A DNA stretch of 64,000 nucleotides. Origin: Azolla caroliniana (taxonomy: Eukaryota > Plantae > Polypodiophyta). The position numbers and the translations under genes are program-made. Under the pieces are notes generated by a model. That model searched no databases. It was not told the origin of the DNA and worked only from the letters and a program-made list of their open reading frames with translations. The stretch is taken from the NCBI GenBank assembly GCA_043228905.1, contig JBHGNT010000008.1:19964001-20028000 (forward strand), in the 5' to 3' direction. Shown piece after piece: positions 13,101 through 25,900 of the stretch; the stretch's first letter is position 1, and every line of letters starts with the position of its first letter.

Positions 13101-13832
13101 TCATGTACAATTCAGCCTACATCAACCAATATATATAACAAACATTAATATACACTTGGTCAAAACACAAAGTTATGGAATGTGAATTGATATAAAAAAA
13201 TGGAATACCTCTGTCATCTCCAAGAAGTGTCTAGGGTGAATCTGGTACTTACCCTGACTTATTCGTTGTCTACACACGTCCTTCTTATTTGGTGAGACAC
13301 GCGTATTTTTGGCCCAAAATGAATCCACTTTCTCAATAATCTATTGAGATAAGGCATCACATCGTCGTCTACGTCCCGACCCCAGCCACTTGAATTTGCT
13401 TGAGTGTATATTTCGGCGATGTTTCCTCAAGTTCCTTCTTTGAATACCCAGGGCTAAGGCAACTTTAGTATCACTATATTTTTTTTCTCTCGCACCGTTC
13501 ACAACCATGTGTAGGGCTGCCCTCTTTGCAGCAAGTTTGTCTAAGCTCTCTACACCTTTCACTAAGTCTAGGGATGACTTCATAGACTCCACAATCTCTT
13601 CTGAAACACATTGGTCCCTAAATTTTATTCTCTCCATGTCTTCATTCAAACTTTGATGGTGTAACACTCTACAAATAATATCCCTACGATCCTCTTCACT
13701 AAATCTCTTCGTTATTTCTACCAAATAAACTATGTGAAGAACCAGTCGTCTCTTGTTCCTTTCAGATATGCATGAGTTACTTGACAACTCACTCTCGTTA
13801 GGAACCCCCATTCGGTCACTAGATTTATCCAC
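10113..13832 (-). pseudogene. Sola2-type DDD transposase, spliced, disabled
   Basis: Exons ~13832-13209, 13116-12166, 11000-10113 with GT-AG introns. Motifs SPNKKD, CCCVYH, VIDFAENY, QSMHW, ISDDKKHD, WSDGAASQFK, FGSGHGKGEHDGAGA, C-terminal SCFCSMC. In-frame TAG stops near 13341 and 10886; frameshifts near 12372 and ~10780. Confidence 0.88.
11030..12150. repeat. AGTAC-rich intronic repeats with a 146-bp tandem core
   Basis: TTAGTACAATTCTCTTAAGGACGGACAATA at 11542, 11688 and 11834; AGTAC is dense throughout intron 11001-12165. Confidence 0.85.
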
Positions 13833-16384
13833 AAAAATTAAGTGTCTTGCGAAAGTAGTTAATGTTATATAGACTCAACCAAGAAAACACAATCAAATGT
13901 TTTTAAATGTGGCCTGCAAAGTGAGAAATATTTTGTTTCAAACATTAGAATTACATATCAAATATGACAAATGTCAATTCTAAAAATTTAGTACTGAAAT
14001 ATGAAGAAATGAAACATTTTAGTACTGAAAATAAAAAAATGGATGGAAGGAACCTCCAATGGTGGAGGGAGCGTTGGATATGCCGCCTCGATTTGGTAGA
14101 AGGAACCTCCAATGCCGCCTCGATTTGGTGGAAAAAGCCCCAAATCACCACGACATCAACTGCAATCAGTGGAAGTAAGAAAGTCGTTGTCGAAGAAGTG
14201 ACTATTGGCTGCTACCTAAACCCTCAAAACAGTCTTTGTACCTCAACCTAAACCTAACAAAAACAGAAACCCTAAAAAAATCAGAAATCCTCAACTCAAA
14301 CTCTCCAACCAGACATGGATGTCTGAGATTTAGATTGAAGGAGAATCAGAAACGTGACATGGATGTTTGTCATGAAAAGCTCAGAGGGATAGAGGAAGAG
14401 CAGTATGAGGGGAAGCGCCAAAATCGACGTGAGGGGAAAATAGCCCCCAAAATGGAAGAACATCTCCTCACGTGTTCCCCCCACTCCTTCTACAATAAAT
14501 GACACTTGTACTACAGTCACCCCACTCTCCAAAATCGATTTCCTTTTTCTCTAATTTTTTTTCTGGATTATTCAGTACTAACAGTATTGAAAGTACTGAC
14601 AAATTTTGTGGCCAAAAACAGTACTTTTCTGGTACACCGTAGCGTGCTTTGACCCTTATATGCAAGAATTATACATCTATGTATCGAAATATTTTAAAAC
14701 CCACTTACAAGCACTTTTGTTTTTACACCACTCGTATAAAGGTGAGTGGTTTTCCCTACCACATGGTAAGCACACCACTCAAAAGTAATCCCCTTAAAAT
14801 TGATTGACCTCCACACAATTGGAGTTAGACTGTAGACTAAAGCAATTGACAAAAGGGCAACTTTGTATTTCCATGGTGCCAAGAGGGCTCAAGAGAGAAT
14901 TGTTTATTGTTGCAGTTGATCATTATATATGGAGGGGCTTGGGCTTCTAACTAGCCTAAGCTATGTGGCTAACTATGGGAAATTTTATGTGGAGGCTAAA
15001 TGTTATTGAAAAATTATTATGTTAGCTCAATATCATGTAATTGTTTTAGTGTTTGTTACCAATATGGAACATTGTCTATCTTCAGTCCTTCGAGATAGAC
15101 CTCAAGGGGATTGTGTGGCAAGGTATGACACCACACGAGGCGTGAGCCGTTATCTGTCAGTTATGTAATAATGTGTATCTATGGGTGAAGGTTCACGACT
15201 ACGATCGAGAACTTGAGTGCGCTACTACGCTGACTCTTACCCTACGCTGACACTTACGAATAGCACAAAGATTACACAAGACAGCACGGGTTGCACAGAC
15301 ACAAAGAATCAAAGAAGATAAGATTCTATTAGAAAAAAAAACCTCACGCTCCAAAATTACACGCTACCTCTTACAGAGGATTTCTGCCCTTTATATACAC
15401 AGGGCGTTCAGCCGGTCACGCTTCTCGCGTGAACCGTTACATCTATTTCCTTAACGGTTCTAATACATTTTTCATATTTCACGCATTTATGTCCGGCGGT
15501 TACAATTCTGGTGGACAACATCTGGCACGCCTGGGGAACAGTTTTGAGCTTCTTCCAAGGTTTTCGTGAGTTTTTTGATTTCTCACTTATTAACCCTAGC
15601 CGCTTCCTCACTTATCTTTGCCCATATCTGGGATTCTTTCACATGTAGTTCCTCTAGCCGGCCCATTTCATTGTTCATGTGGACTTCTACTTGATGCGTC
15701 ACCTCGCGTTCTTGTACGAGCTGCTCATCGTACCACGCTTTCTTCTTTTCCAATAACTCTCGGAGTCTGGTGAGATTGTCGCTTCCGACTTTTGGGTTTC
15801 CTTCAGTAGCTTCTTGTTTTCTTCTTTCATGCTGGTGTGCGATGTCATGAAGATTTTCGGCAACAGTATGAGAATTGTGTGCAACGAACGAAATCGAGAA
15901 GGTGCAATGTGGACATGTGAAAGGGGTGAAGGCCACACGCATATGCTAGCATGTTGTAAATAGGATTGAAATGAGAATCGTAAAAGAAAAGCTAGATGAA
16001 AAGTTAAACATGTGCACATGTGATGTGCGCTCAATTGTAAATATAAAATTAAAACTAAAGCCTAGTAACATCTAAGTGCATACATAGGGTGGACGCTAGG
16101 CTTGAACCTTGCACCTCCAAGATAGGAGACAAATTAAGTTACCACTAAAGCCACTAATGAGTGCTTTAAAATTTGTATTTTTTTTTTTCATATTCAGTAT
16201 TTTGTAGGAAGCAAACATATAGAAACCGTGGGCGCAAAACCATGGTTCTAGCTCGTGGGTTTAACCCATGGTTTTTGCATGGAGAGACCTATAAATGCCT
16301 ATAGTTGGGCTTGTGTAAGAGGGAAGTGGTGTAAGTAAGAAAGAAACTTTTAATCAAAGATCTGAGTTCTCCTAATGGTGATTT

Positions 16385-17102
16385 TGTTGAGAACTTGACG
16401 TTCCTTATGTCCCACGCTCGGCGGCAACCGAGATTCTTTACATACACAGAAAAACAGGTAATTAAACGCGACACAAAAGAGGAGAAATGATACACAGGAG
16501 GTATACGTGGAAAACCCCAAAATAGGGGAAAAACCACGGCAGCCCACAAGCTGCAAACTGTCACTATGTAGGAATATACAACAGTGAGATCACTGAGGCA
16601 ACGACCTCGTGCTCTCAGATCTTCGCCACAAGCGGCGGTTACAACAGAGGCAACGACCTCGTCTCTCTCTTTCTCTCTCTCTCTCTCTCTGCACAGTTAC
16701 GTGCTCTGACTTCTTCTTGCACCAACAAGAAATAATAACCACACAAAAACAACAACACTACAAAATTGCCCTAAGTCATATTTATACTAATATGACTTTT
16801 CAGCTATTTACAAATGTAGCCTCGATGGGCTCCATCCGACTCTCCGTAGTCGGGTACTCCCCATCCGGCTCTCCGCAGTCGGGTACTCCTCATCCGGTTC
16901 ATACCGGGCCTACACCATCCGACTCTCCGCAGTCGGGTACTCCTCATCCGGTTCATACCGGGCCTACACCATCCGACTCTCCGCAGTCGGGTACTCCCCA
17001 TCCGGTTCATACCGGTTCGGCCTCGGCCTGTCGGCCTCGGCCGAGTTTGTTCGTCGGCACCGTTCTTCTACCTTCCCATCCGGAGGGACCTGTTTCCCAA
17101 CA
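16385..17102 (-). mobile_element. Solo LTR, copia family C-related (718 bp)
   Basis: TG..CA ends and GATTT TSD (16380-16384, 17103-17107). Empty site at ~31945-31952. Shares GTCCCTCCGGATGGG and TATAAATATGACTTAGGGCAA with the 22128 LTR; contains three 57-bp repeats. Confidence 0.93.
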
Positions 17103-17152
17103 GATTTATCTTGTCTCGTAAAACTAAAGTCAAGGGTTCAATCTCAATCTCA

Positions 17153-17155
<3 letters not shown>

Positions 17156-17230
<75 letters not shown>

Positions 17231-17231
17231 C
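17156..17231. repeat. (CT)n microsatellite
   Basis: Direct reading. Confidence 0.95.
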
Positions 17232-18067
17232 TCATCTATCTATCTATCTTCAATACTTTCTCGCTTACATTGCTAAAAACATCGAATCCTTCTGGTCTAG
17301 GATCCCGGTGGTCCCGCTTCATTTCGCGAACACAGGAGGATTTCCTCGACGTCTTACTTGGTGAACCTGACATGAAAGAGGCGGTAGGAAGGATCCAGTC
17401 GAGGATCGACCGATACTTGCAAATGGCATCCTCAAGTAATCAAGTGGGAGAATTCGAAAGGATGATGCTAATCATCGAACTTACCCATTCATCAAAAGTA
17501 AAATAAAAATAAAAAAATATGATAAAAAATAGAGTTTTAAGCTAAATAGTTCTAGTAAAATAACAAAGATGTTCTATATAAACAACATGGTCTACAATGA
17601 AAATGATGTTATACTAGGCCTAATTTCATTTCCATCAAGTCTTTCGAAGAGAAGCGGGAGGTCAAAGGGTTTCGATGTGGATGTGGCCCGTGGTCCCAAT
17701 GTAAAAATTACCCCAACCATAGCATCTAGTCGACGTAGCTCACGTTCCCTTATCTTCTTAATCTTTTGTAGTCCGTGTCGACTGGTTTTGAAGCCCAACA
17801 TCCGAGGACGTTTGGTTGTTCTTTGCATTTTGGCTTCCTCAAGAGATAGGTTGAGCGACGTAATTGTATCCATATTTATCGTCTCCCCTTGTTCCTGAAA
17901 AATTATACTAGTTACAAGTTGATGAATAGTAAAAGGGTTATGGTTAACACTTTGTAATTTATTCTCCCTATGTTGTTTTAGCTCTAAGATATATCTAGCT
18001 AGTCACTAGACATCTGGGGTATCTAATAGTTTGGAGAGGGTCGTAACATGTCTTGGTATTACGCCCG

Positions 18068-18090
18068 GAGAGAGAGAGAGAGAGAGAGAG

Positions 18091-18149
<59 letters not shown>

Positions 18150-18170
18150 AAGACAGAGAGAGAGAGAGAG
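18068..18170. repeat. Compound (GA)n(GT)n microsatellite
   Basis: Direct reading. Confidence 0.95.
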
Positions 18171-18286
18171 AATTGAAAGGAAAGTATTATATTGCACTGT
18201 AAGATAGATTACAAAGAGTAGGGAGCAGAGAGCTATAGAATGACGTTGAACTAATTTGGTTTTGGGATGATTGATAGATCCCTATT

Positions 18287-18710
18287 TGTTGAGCGGCAAG
18301 CTCAATTGGAGCCAAATCGGTTGAATAAGCCTGACCCGATGAGTGACACGGATCGGTGAGCCGATGAGCACCAAGTGAGCAAAAGAGCCGGTGAGTTAGG
18401 GAGCCGGTTAGCCGGATCCATCAGTAACCGGAAGCCTGGTAGCAGCTAGACTACTAGGGAGTTAATACTCTCGTAGTTAGTGTCAGACGCTCGAGTGAGC
18501 ATTGAAGTACACCGTACTTCTGTCAGTCCGTATGGACTTGTATAAAAGTGTTCGTTGAACACTTACGATCTACAGAGTGTTGATATAATTTTTGAATAGA
18601 GATTCTTGTTCTCTCTCTCTATCTCTCTGTCTCTCCTGTGTACTGTTAAGTTCTCCATTAAACCCTTTTCTCTGTTCTCTGTTCTTTGTTTTCTGTTATT
18701 TGTTTTTACA
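18287..18710 (+). repeat. copia B 5' LTR (inverted duplicate of 30416-30845)
   Basis: TGTTGAGCGG..TGTTTTTACA, preceded by CTATT (reverse complement of AATAG) and followed by a PBS variant. Confidence 0.92.
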
Positions 18711-19332
18711 TAGTATCAGACTTGTGTTTTTACGATGTGTTTAGTGAACACTTTTATACAAGTCCATACGGACTGACAGAAGTACGGTGTACTTCAATGC
18801 TCACTCGGGCGTCTGACACTAACTACGAGAGTATTAACTCCCTAGTAGTGTAGCTGCTACCAGGCTTCCGGTTACTGATGGATCCGGCTAACCGGCTCCC
18901 TAACTCACCGGCTCTTTTGCTCACTTGGTGCTCATCGGCTTATCGATCCGTCTCACTCACCGGCTCAGGCTTATTCAACCGATCTGGCTCCAATTGAGCT
19001 TGCCGCTTCCGCACGCTATTTGTTTTTACATGGTCTCAGAGTTGTGTTTTTACGATGTGTTTAGTGAACACTTTTATACAAGTCCATACGGACTGACAGA
19101 AGTACGGTGTACTTCAATGCTCACTCGGGCGTCTGACACTAACTACAAGAGTAATAACTCCCTAGTAGTCTAGCTACTACTAGGATTCCGGTTACTGATG
19201 GATCCGGCTCACCAGCTCGCCAGCTCACCGACTCTTTTGCTCACCGGGTGCTCACCGGCTCGATGATCCGTCTCGGTCACCGGCTCAGGCTTATTCAGCC
19301 GATCCGGCTCCAATTGAGCTTGCCGCTCAACA

Positions 19333-22127
19333 AGGCGGATCGGCCCCATGGGCATGGTTGACGAGGCGGGTCAGCACGCAATGGAGACGGCCGGCAAGGA
19401 CAAGACTGACGGCACAGAGACCGCGTACACAACAGCTCCAGGACTTCCACAAGCAGGGGTAGTCAAGGTGGAGCCGGAGGTTGGCAAGACAAAGCCGCCA
19501 CGGAATGCTGGTATTGTGGCAAAAAGGGCCACACAGAAATCAAGTGCTGGAAGAAGCGCGCCGATTCGGATAGATCTGGATCCGGAAAAACCGGTCAGGA
19601 GAACTAACAAAGCTCGCATTACACGCAAGGATCAAAAGGATCCGGAACCAGGAAGACCGGTAAGGGGCCATCCTTGGTGATGAAGCACAAGGCAAACTTG
19701 ATGAACAAGACCACTTCCAAATCGGAGGAAGTGTGGTACGTTGATTCTGGTGCGTCAAATCACATGATGAGCCACAAAGAGTGGTTCTCTTTCTTGGAGA
19801 AACCGGAACAACCGGGAGTTGTCGAAACTGGAGACGACACTCCTCACCCAATTGTGCATGTCAGAGAAGTTCCCCTGAGCAACATCGGACAGAGGGGGAA
19901 GCTGATGAACGTATTACACATTTCGACTATCACGAAGAACCTGGTGTTGGTCGGACAGATCTTCGATCAGGGAATGCAGGTGCGGGTTACGCACCTTGGG
20001 TGTTTCATCGAGGAGGAGGGCCAGACTATCGCGCAAGGGTGCAGAGATGGGAGGATGTTCATCCTCGACACCAATGACGTCAGCACCACCTTGTTCGCCA
20101 AAGGACAGAAGGTCGAATCGGACATCGACCTGTGGCACAAGCGGATCGGCCATGTCAATTACCGATAGCTTCAAGACTTGCAAACGAAACAAGTTGTTTT
20201 CGGTTTGCCGAAGTTTAGTGGCCGGAAGGCCCAAGTATGTGATACCGGCCAACTTGGGAAGCAACAACGGCTTACATTCCCCGCCGAATGAAACCGTAGC
20301 CGTAACAAGCTCGACCTTATTCATTGGGATGTATGGGGACCGGCACAGAAAGTGAGTCTTGGCGGGAGTTGATACTTGAGCGGAAGAGCCAAGTCTTCGA
20401 CTGTTTCCGGAACCTCCAAAGCATGGTGGAATGGGAATCAGAGAGGAAGATCAAGTGCCTGCGGTCAGATGGCGGAAAAGAATATTTTTCTGGCCAATTA
20501 AACAGTTATCTGCAGCAAACAAGAATCCGGAGAGAGTTCAGCTGCAGATACACACCTGAGCAAAACGGTGTGGCGGAAAGGAAGAATCGGTCGCTTGTCA
20601 ACGTGGCAAGGGCAATGCTAGAAGAGAAGAGCATGCCCCATTTCTACTGGGCAGAGGTGGTCCGGATGACCGTCTACATCCAAAACCGGATCGGTGACAA
20701 GGTGTCCGCGCATGAGCTGTATTTCGGGCGCAAGCCAAATTTGAGACACCTTCGGATTTTCGGCAGCATAGCATATGTGCATGTGCCGGATGAGAAGCGG
20801 AAGAAGCTGGATGCAAAATCGGAGAAGTGCATCCTCGTCGGCTACTCACATGAGCAAAAGGGGTATAAGTGTTATAATCCCCAGACGAAGCAGGTCCGAG
20901 TTTGTTGCGATGTTGAGTTTGATGAGATGGCATCATGGTATGCCTTACCAGCTCCGACTTCTGACCCCGACCCGATACCGGAAGATGAGGCTAGTGAACC
21001 TGAACCGGAACAGTTAGAAGATGATGAATTTGGGACTCAAGAAGAGAATCCGGAATAGTTTCGGTCGAGTGGGCCGAACGAGAGACTGGGTCAATCCGAC
21101 CAGTCAGAAGAAGAACCAGTGAGTAGTGAAGACTGTGCGGTGCTCTCCCTGCACAAGGAATCAAGGAGAGGGTTCACGTGCAAAGCGAAGGGGAAGAAGA
21201 AGATGCCGGATTATGAAACCGGTAATGATGAGTCGGATTAGAGCGGATCTAACTCCGGACAGGAAAATGAAGAATTTTCGACACTGAAGACAGAACCGGC
21301 CAAGAAGGGCCTCAAACCGGGTAATGGTGGGTTACGCCGGTCAACCCGCCAGAAGGAACCTGTTAAGCGGTACGGGTACAATGAGTACATGGCGCATCAC
21401 TATGCGTACATGACCAAGGTGGCGGAAGTGCGTGAGCCGGAGAGCTACGCAGAAGCGGCAAAGGATGCACATTGGCATGCCGTTATGGAAGAAGAGATGC
21501 GGGCACTTCATGCCAACGATACATGGAACCTGGTTGACCCTCCCCGTTACAATAAACTGATCAGATGCAAGTGGGTGTACAAGGTAAAGTACAACGCCGA
21601 CGGTTCAGTTAACCGATACAAGGCCCGGTTAGTGGCAAAGGGATACGCACAGACCCACGGAATCGACTACGACGAGACCTTCACTCAGGTAGGGAAGATG
21701 ATGACGGTTTGTGTGGTGCTGGCGGTTGCAGCGGCAAGGGGCTGGCATCTTCACCAAATGGATGTGAAGAATGCATTTCTTCAAGGAGATCTTGAAGAAG
21801 AGGTCTTTATGATACAACCCCCCAGTTTCCAGACGGAGATGAACAAGTCGACGGTATGGCGGCTAAAGAAGTCACTTTATGGCCTGAAGCAAGCCCCCCA
21901 AGCTTGGAATGCGAAGATCACGCACCGGTTGCGTAAGATGGGGTTTGCGGCCTCCAAGTCTGACTCTTCGTTGTTCATCTGGCAAGGTCTGGACGGTCCG
22001 GTTTGCATCTTGTTGTACGTTGATGATCAGGTCATCACCGGACCCAGACTCGATGAAATCAGCCGAGTCAAGTCCCAGTTGTCGGATGCGTTTGAGATGA
22101 AGGACCTGCGGGACCTTGACTATTTCC
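19333..22127 (+). pseudogene. copia B gag C-terminus/protease/integrase/RT N-terminus, degenerate
   Basis: Zinc knuckle CWYCGKKGH, WYVDSGAS, LWHKRIGH, LRSDGGKEY, PEQNGVAER, YKARLVAKG, LLYVDD; several stops and frameshifts. Confidence 0.92.
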
Positions 22128-22896
22128 TGTTGGGATTTCGGTCCCTCCGGATGGGATGTCCGGAGATGAATGACGGCAAGCCCGGTTGCGGTTACGGAAC
22201 CGGATGATGAAGAGTACCCGGCATGAAGCCGGATAAAGAGTACCCGGATACGGAGCCGGATGATGAAGACCCCGGTTACGGAGCCGGATGATGAAGACCC
22301 CGGTTACGGAGCCGGATGCTGAAGACCCCGGTTACGGAGCCGGATGATGAAGACCCCGGTTACGGAGCCGGATGATGAAGACCCCGGTTACGGAGCCGGA
22401 TGCTGAAGACCCCGGTTACGGAGCCGGATGACGAATGTACCCGGAGAGAGATCCGGATGCGGGGACATATTTGTGAATATGTTTGCCAAGAGCCCTTGAG
22501 GCTATATTTGTAAATAGCCCAAAAGTCATATGTGTATAAATATGACTTAGGGCAAACAGTCTTATGTTGTTGCTCATTTTCTGTTTTCCACGAAGAGGGA
22601 GCGAAGTGAGAGCAGCCGAGAGAGTGTGAGAGACGAAGAGGTCGTTGCCTCAGTGTATTACCGCCGCCTGTGGCGAAGACTGTGAGCTCAAGGTTGTTGC
22701 CTTGTAGCTTCATCATTGTACATCTCTGCATATAGTGATAGTTGGAGTTTGAGGACTCCCGTGGTTTTTCCCACTTAGGGTTTTCCACGTAAAATATCCT
22801 GTGCACTCTTCTCCCCATTATCTTCGTGTATTTGTAATTCCTGTTTTCTGAAAGTTAATCCTATTTCTCGGTTGTGGCCGAGCACTGCGTATAACA
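22128..22896 (+). repeat. 5' LTR with a 28-bp tandem array (ACGGAGCCGGATGATGAAGACCCCGGTT, ~6 copies)
   Basis: TGTTG..TAACA ends, TATAAATA near 22535, array ~22248-22430. Confidence 0.96.
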
Positions 22897-22899
22897 AAT

Positions 22900-22911
22900 T
22901 GGTATCAGAGC
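22900..22911 (+). promoter_or_regulatory. Primer-binding site (initiator tRNA-Met)
   Basis: TGGTATCAGAGC 3 nt after the 5' LTR. Confidence 0.95.
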
Positions 22912-22927
22912 GACGGTAACACAGAAA

Positions 22928-25900
22928 ATGGAAGGCGGCGGTAGTGGGCCTCCTGGCATGATGGTGTTGAACTCACAGAACTACGCCGACTGGAAGATAA
23001 AGATGGAAGACCTTCTCATCGTCCGAGACCTATACAAACCGATCGACAATGCCGAGATACCCAAGGGGGTAATAGAGTCGGAGTGGAAGCTCCTGAACCG
23101 GAAAGCCGTAGCGACGATCCGGCAATATGTCGATGTAAGTGTCCTGCAACATGTGGCGAACGATACGAACGCCTATGAGATGTGGAAGAAGCTGTCGGGC
23201 CTCTATGAGAGGAAGAATGCGTTGAACCGGACCTCCCTGATGAGGAAGATAGTGAACCTCAAGTACCGGGACGGCGAGAGTATGGTGGAACACGTAAGCA
23301 CGTTCATGGGATTCGTGAACCAGCTTGCGGCGATCAAATTCCCGTTGGAGGATGCAATGCAAGCCATCATCCTGATGTGTACATTGCCGGACAGCTGGGA
23401 GAACTTGGTGGTGACTCTCAGCACCTCCTGCACCGAAGATAACTTGTCCCTACAAACGGTAAAGACAAGTATTTTGAACGAAGAAGCGCGTCGGAGAGAT
23501 AAAGAACCGGTTTCTGATCAGAAGATGCTGCTTACCGAATCGGATCGGGGAAGACAATGGAACCGGAGTCCGCAAAGACGGGAGAAGTCGGGGACCCGGT
23601 CGCAGTCAAGAGGAAGGCCAACATGCTTCCACTGTGGGAAGCCGGGGCACTTCCGGAAGAATTGTCGGCACTACCGAAAGGACAACGGAGCCGACGACAC
23701 CGATTCGAAGAAGTCACCGGAGAGAAACGGTGCATACCGGGGAGCCACGGACCGGAGAGGTCCGGATCGGCGAGGGCAGGACCGGAAAGGAACGACGGCA
23801 CTTGCGGCAAGTGAAGAAGAGATAATGCTTATTACCGAAGAGAAGGAGCTGAACCTTGCCGGTGTAGAGATGACCTGGGTGGTCGATTCCGGAGCGTCGT
23901 TCCACCTGACCCCGGAGAAGAAATACTTCTCATCCTACACAGCCGGTGAGCACGGCTGTGTCCGGATGGGAAATGAAGGCACATGCCGGATTGCCGGCAT
24001 AGGAGACGTGTGGCTGTTGACATCAACCGGATGCAAGATGCTGTTGAAGGATGTGCGACACGTTCCGGAGGTCCGATTGAACCTGATCTCGGCCGGGAGG
24101 CTAGATGATGAAGGCTACACGGGTAGCATCCGGAACGGTGTCATGAAGTTCAGCAAGGGGAGCCTGATAGTGGCTCGGGCCCGGAAGGTCAACACCCTGT
24201 ACCTGATGAATTCCCGGCTATGTCCGGAGGAGCTGAACGTGGCAGCCGACACTGCCGGTGAGCTGTGGCACAAGAGACTGTGCCACATGAGTGAGAAGGG
24301 GATGAAGAGGCTTGCAGAAGACAACCTCATTCCAGTGAAGCATGTGCATCTGGAGAAGTGCACCGATTGCCTGGCCGGTAAGCAGAACCGAACCTCCTTC
24401 CACTCAAGGCCACCGACGAGACGTAGCGCACCATTGGAGTTGGTGCACACTGATGTGTGTCAGGTAGAAACGAAGTCACATGGCGGAGCCCAGTACTTCG
24501 TGACTTTCATTGATGATCACAGCCGGAAGCTGTGGACGGCGCCGTTGAAGACAAAGGACCAAGTGTTGTCCGTCTTCAAAGAACTCCACGCGAGAGTGGA
24601 AAGAGAATCCGGCAAGAAGTTGAAAGCGATACGAGCGGATAACGGAGGGGAATACCGGGGGCAGTTCCAGGAGTACTGTCGCTCGAAGGGAATCCGGCTC
24701 GAGTTTACTGTGCCGAAGACGCCGGAACTAAACGGGCTGGCCGAGAGGATGAACCGGACCATAATGGAGAGGGTCCGGAGTATGCTGGAACATGCGAAAT
24801 TACCCAAGGGGTTTTGGGCTGAGGCAATGTCGACGGCGACATACGTGATAAACAGATCACCCTCAGTACCTTTGGATGGAGACACGCCGCAGAAAGTGTG
24901 GACCGGTAAGGAAGTGTCCTACCGGCATCTGAAGGTGTTCGGGTGTCTCGCATACGTGCATGTGGCAAAGGACCGGAGAGGAAAGCTAGATCCAAAGACC
25001 CGGCCATGCATATTCCTCGGTTACGGCGACGACGAGTTCGGCTACCGAGTATGGGACCCGGTCGACAAGAAGATATTCAGGAGTCGAGACATCATCTTCA
25101 TGGAGGACAAGACACTCGCCGACTGGGAGTCGGAGAAGAAGATGAAGAGCTCCAAGTCGATCGGTGAGGATCAACTCTACGAGGAGCAGTCCCGACCGGC
25201 AAGGGACCGGTTAACACTCGAGGAACCGGCCGAAGAAGATGAAAATGATACCGGAACCGGCCCCGATCCCGAAATGGATTCGGATGAAGAAGAATCGGAA
25301 GAACCGGTTACCGAAGCTCCGGAACGGAGATATCCTCTAAGAGAGAGAAGGGCCCCCCGGAGATTTCCGGAACCAGAGCACGTGCTGCTAACCGACGAAG
25401 GGGAGCCGGAGAGCTTTGAAGAAGCAAAGCATGACACCCAGAGCCGCAGGTGGTTGAGTGCCATGCAGGACGAGATGGATTCCCTGCATGAGAACCACAC
25501 ATATGAACTTGTGGAGTTGCCGAAAGGAAAGCGGGCACTTCGAAACAAGTGGGTGTTCAAGCTGAAACCGGGAGATGCCGGAAACCCCCCGAGATACAAA
25601 GCCAGGATCGTGGTGAAGGGGTTTCAGCAGAAGAAGGGCGTCGACTTCGACGAGATATTCGCCCCGGTAGTGAAGATGACCTCCATCCGGACGGTGCTGA
25701 GCATAGCGGCAAGCATGGACCTCGAGGTAGAACAGATGGACGTGAAGACAGCATTCCTTCACGGTGACCTCGAAGAAGAAATCTACATGCAGCAACCGGA
25801 AGGATTCGATAAGAAAGGGAAGGAGCACCTGGTATGCCGATTGAAGAAAAGCCTGTACGGATTGAAGCAGGCTCCCCGGCAATGGTACCGGAAGTTCGAC

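Larger units (their letters stand above)
2931..14655. mobile_element. Sola2-like cut-and-paste DNA transposon, 11,725 bp
   Basis: TIRs GGGTCGAAGCATGCTACGGTGTACCA (2931-2956) and TGGTACACCGTAGCGTGCTTTGACCC (14630-14655), 24/26 match. TTAT TSD at 2927-2930 and 14656-14659. A single-TTAT empty site lies in the paralogous arm (33667-33670). Sola2-type transposase inside. Confidence 0.9.
14660..19438 (-). repeat. Left arm of a large inverted duplication (with 2849-2930) matching 30008-33748
   Basis: Reverse-complement ORF pairs (14694/33444, 17569/31218, 17592/31243) and collinear sequence. This arm alone carries the Sola element and a solo LTR. Confidence 0.93.

Noticed and set aside
16609-17506. 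170-aa Pro-rich repeat ORF and 131-aa ORF
   Set aside because: Read-through of the 57-bp LTR repeats and the (CT)n tract.
17569-17898. ORFs apparently conserved at 31218-31547
   Set aside because: Conservation is explained by the recent inverted duplication; no domain recognised.
22248-22430. CRISPR-like 28-bp repeats
   Set aside because: Head-to-tail with no spacers, inside an LTR, in a eukaryotic context.
22360-22818. 152-aa minus-strand ORF, repeated at 27217-27675
   Set aside because: It lies within the LTRs; the identity reflects LTR duplication and no protein features are seen.
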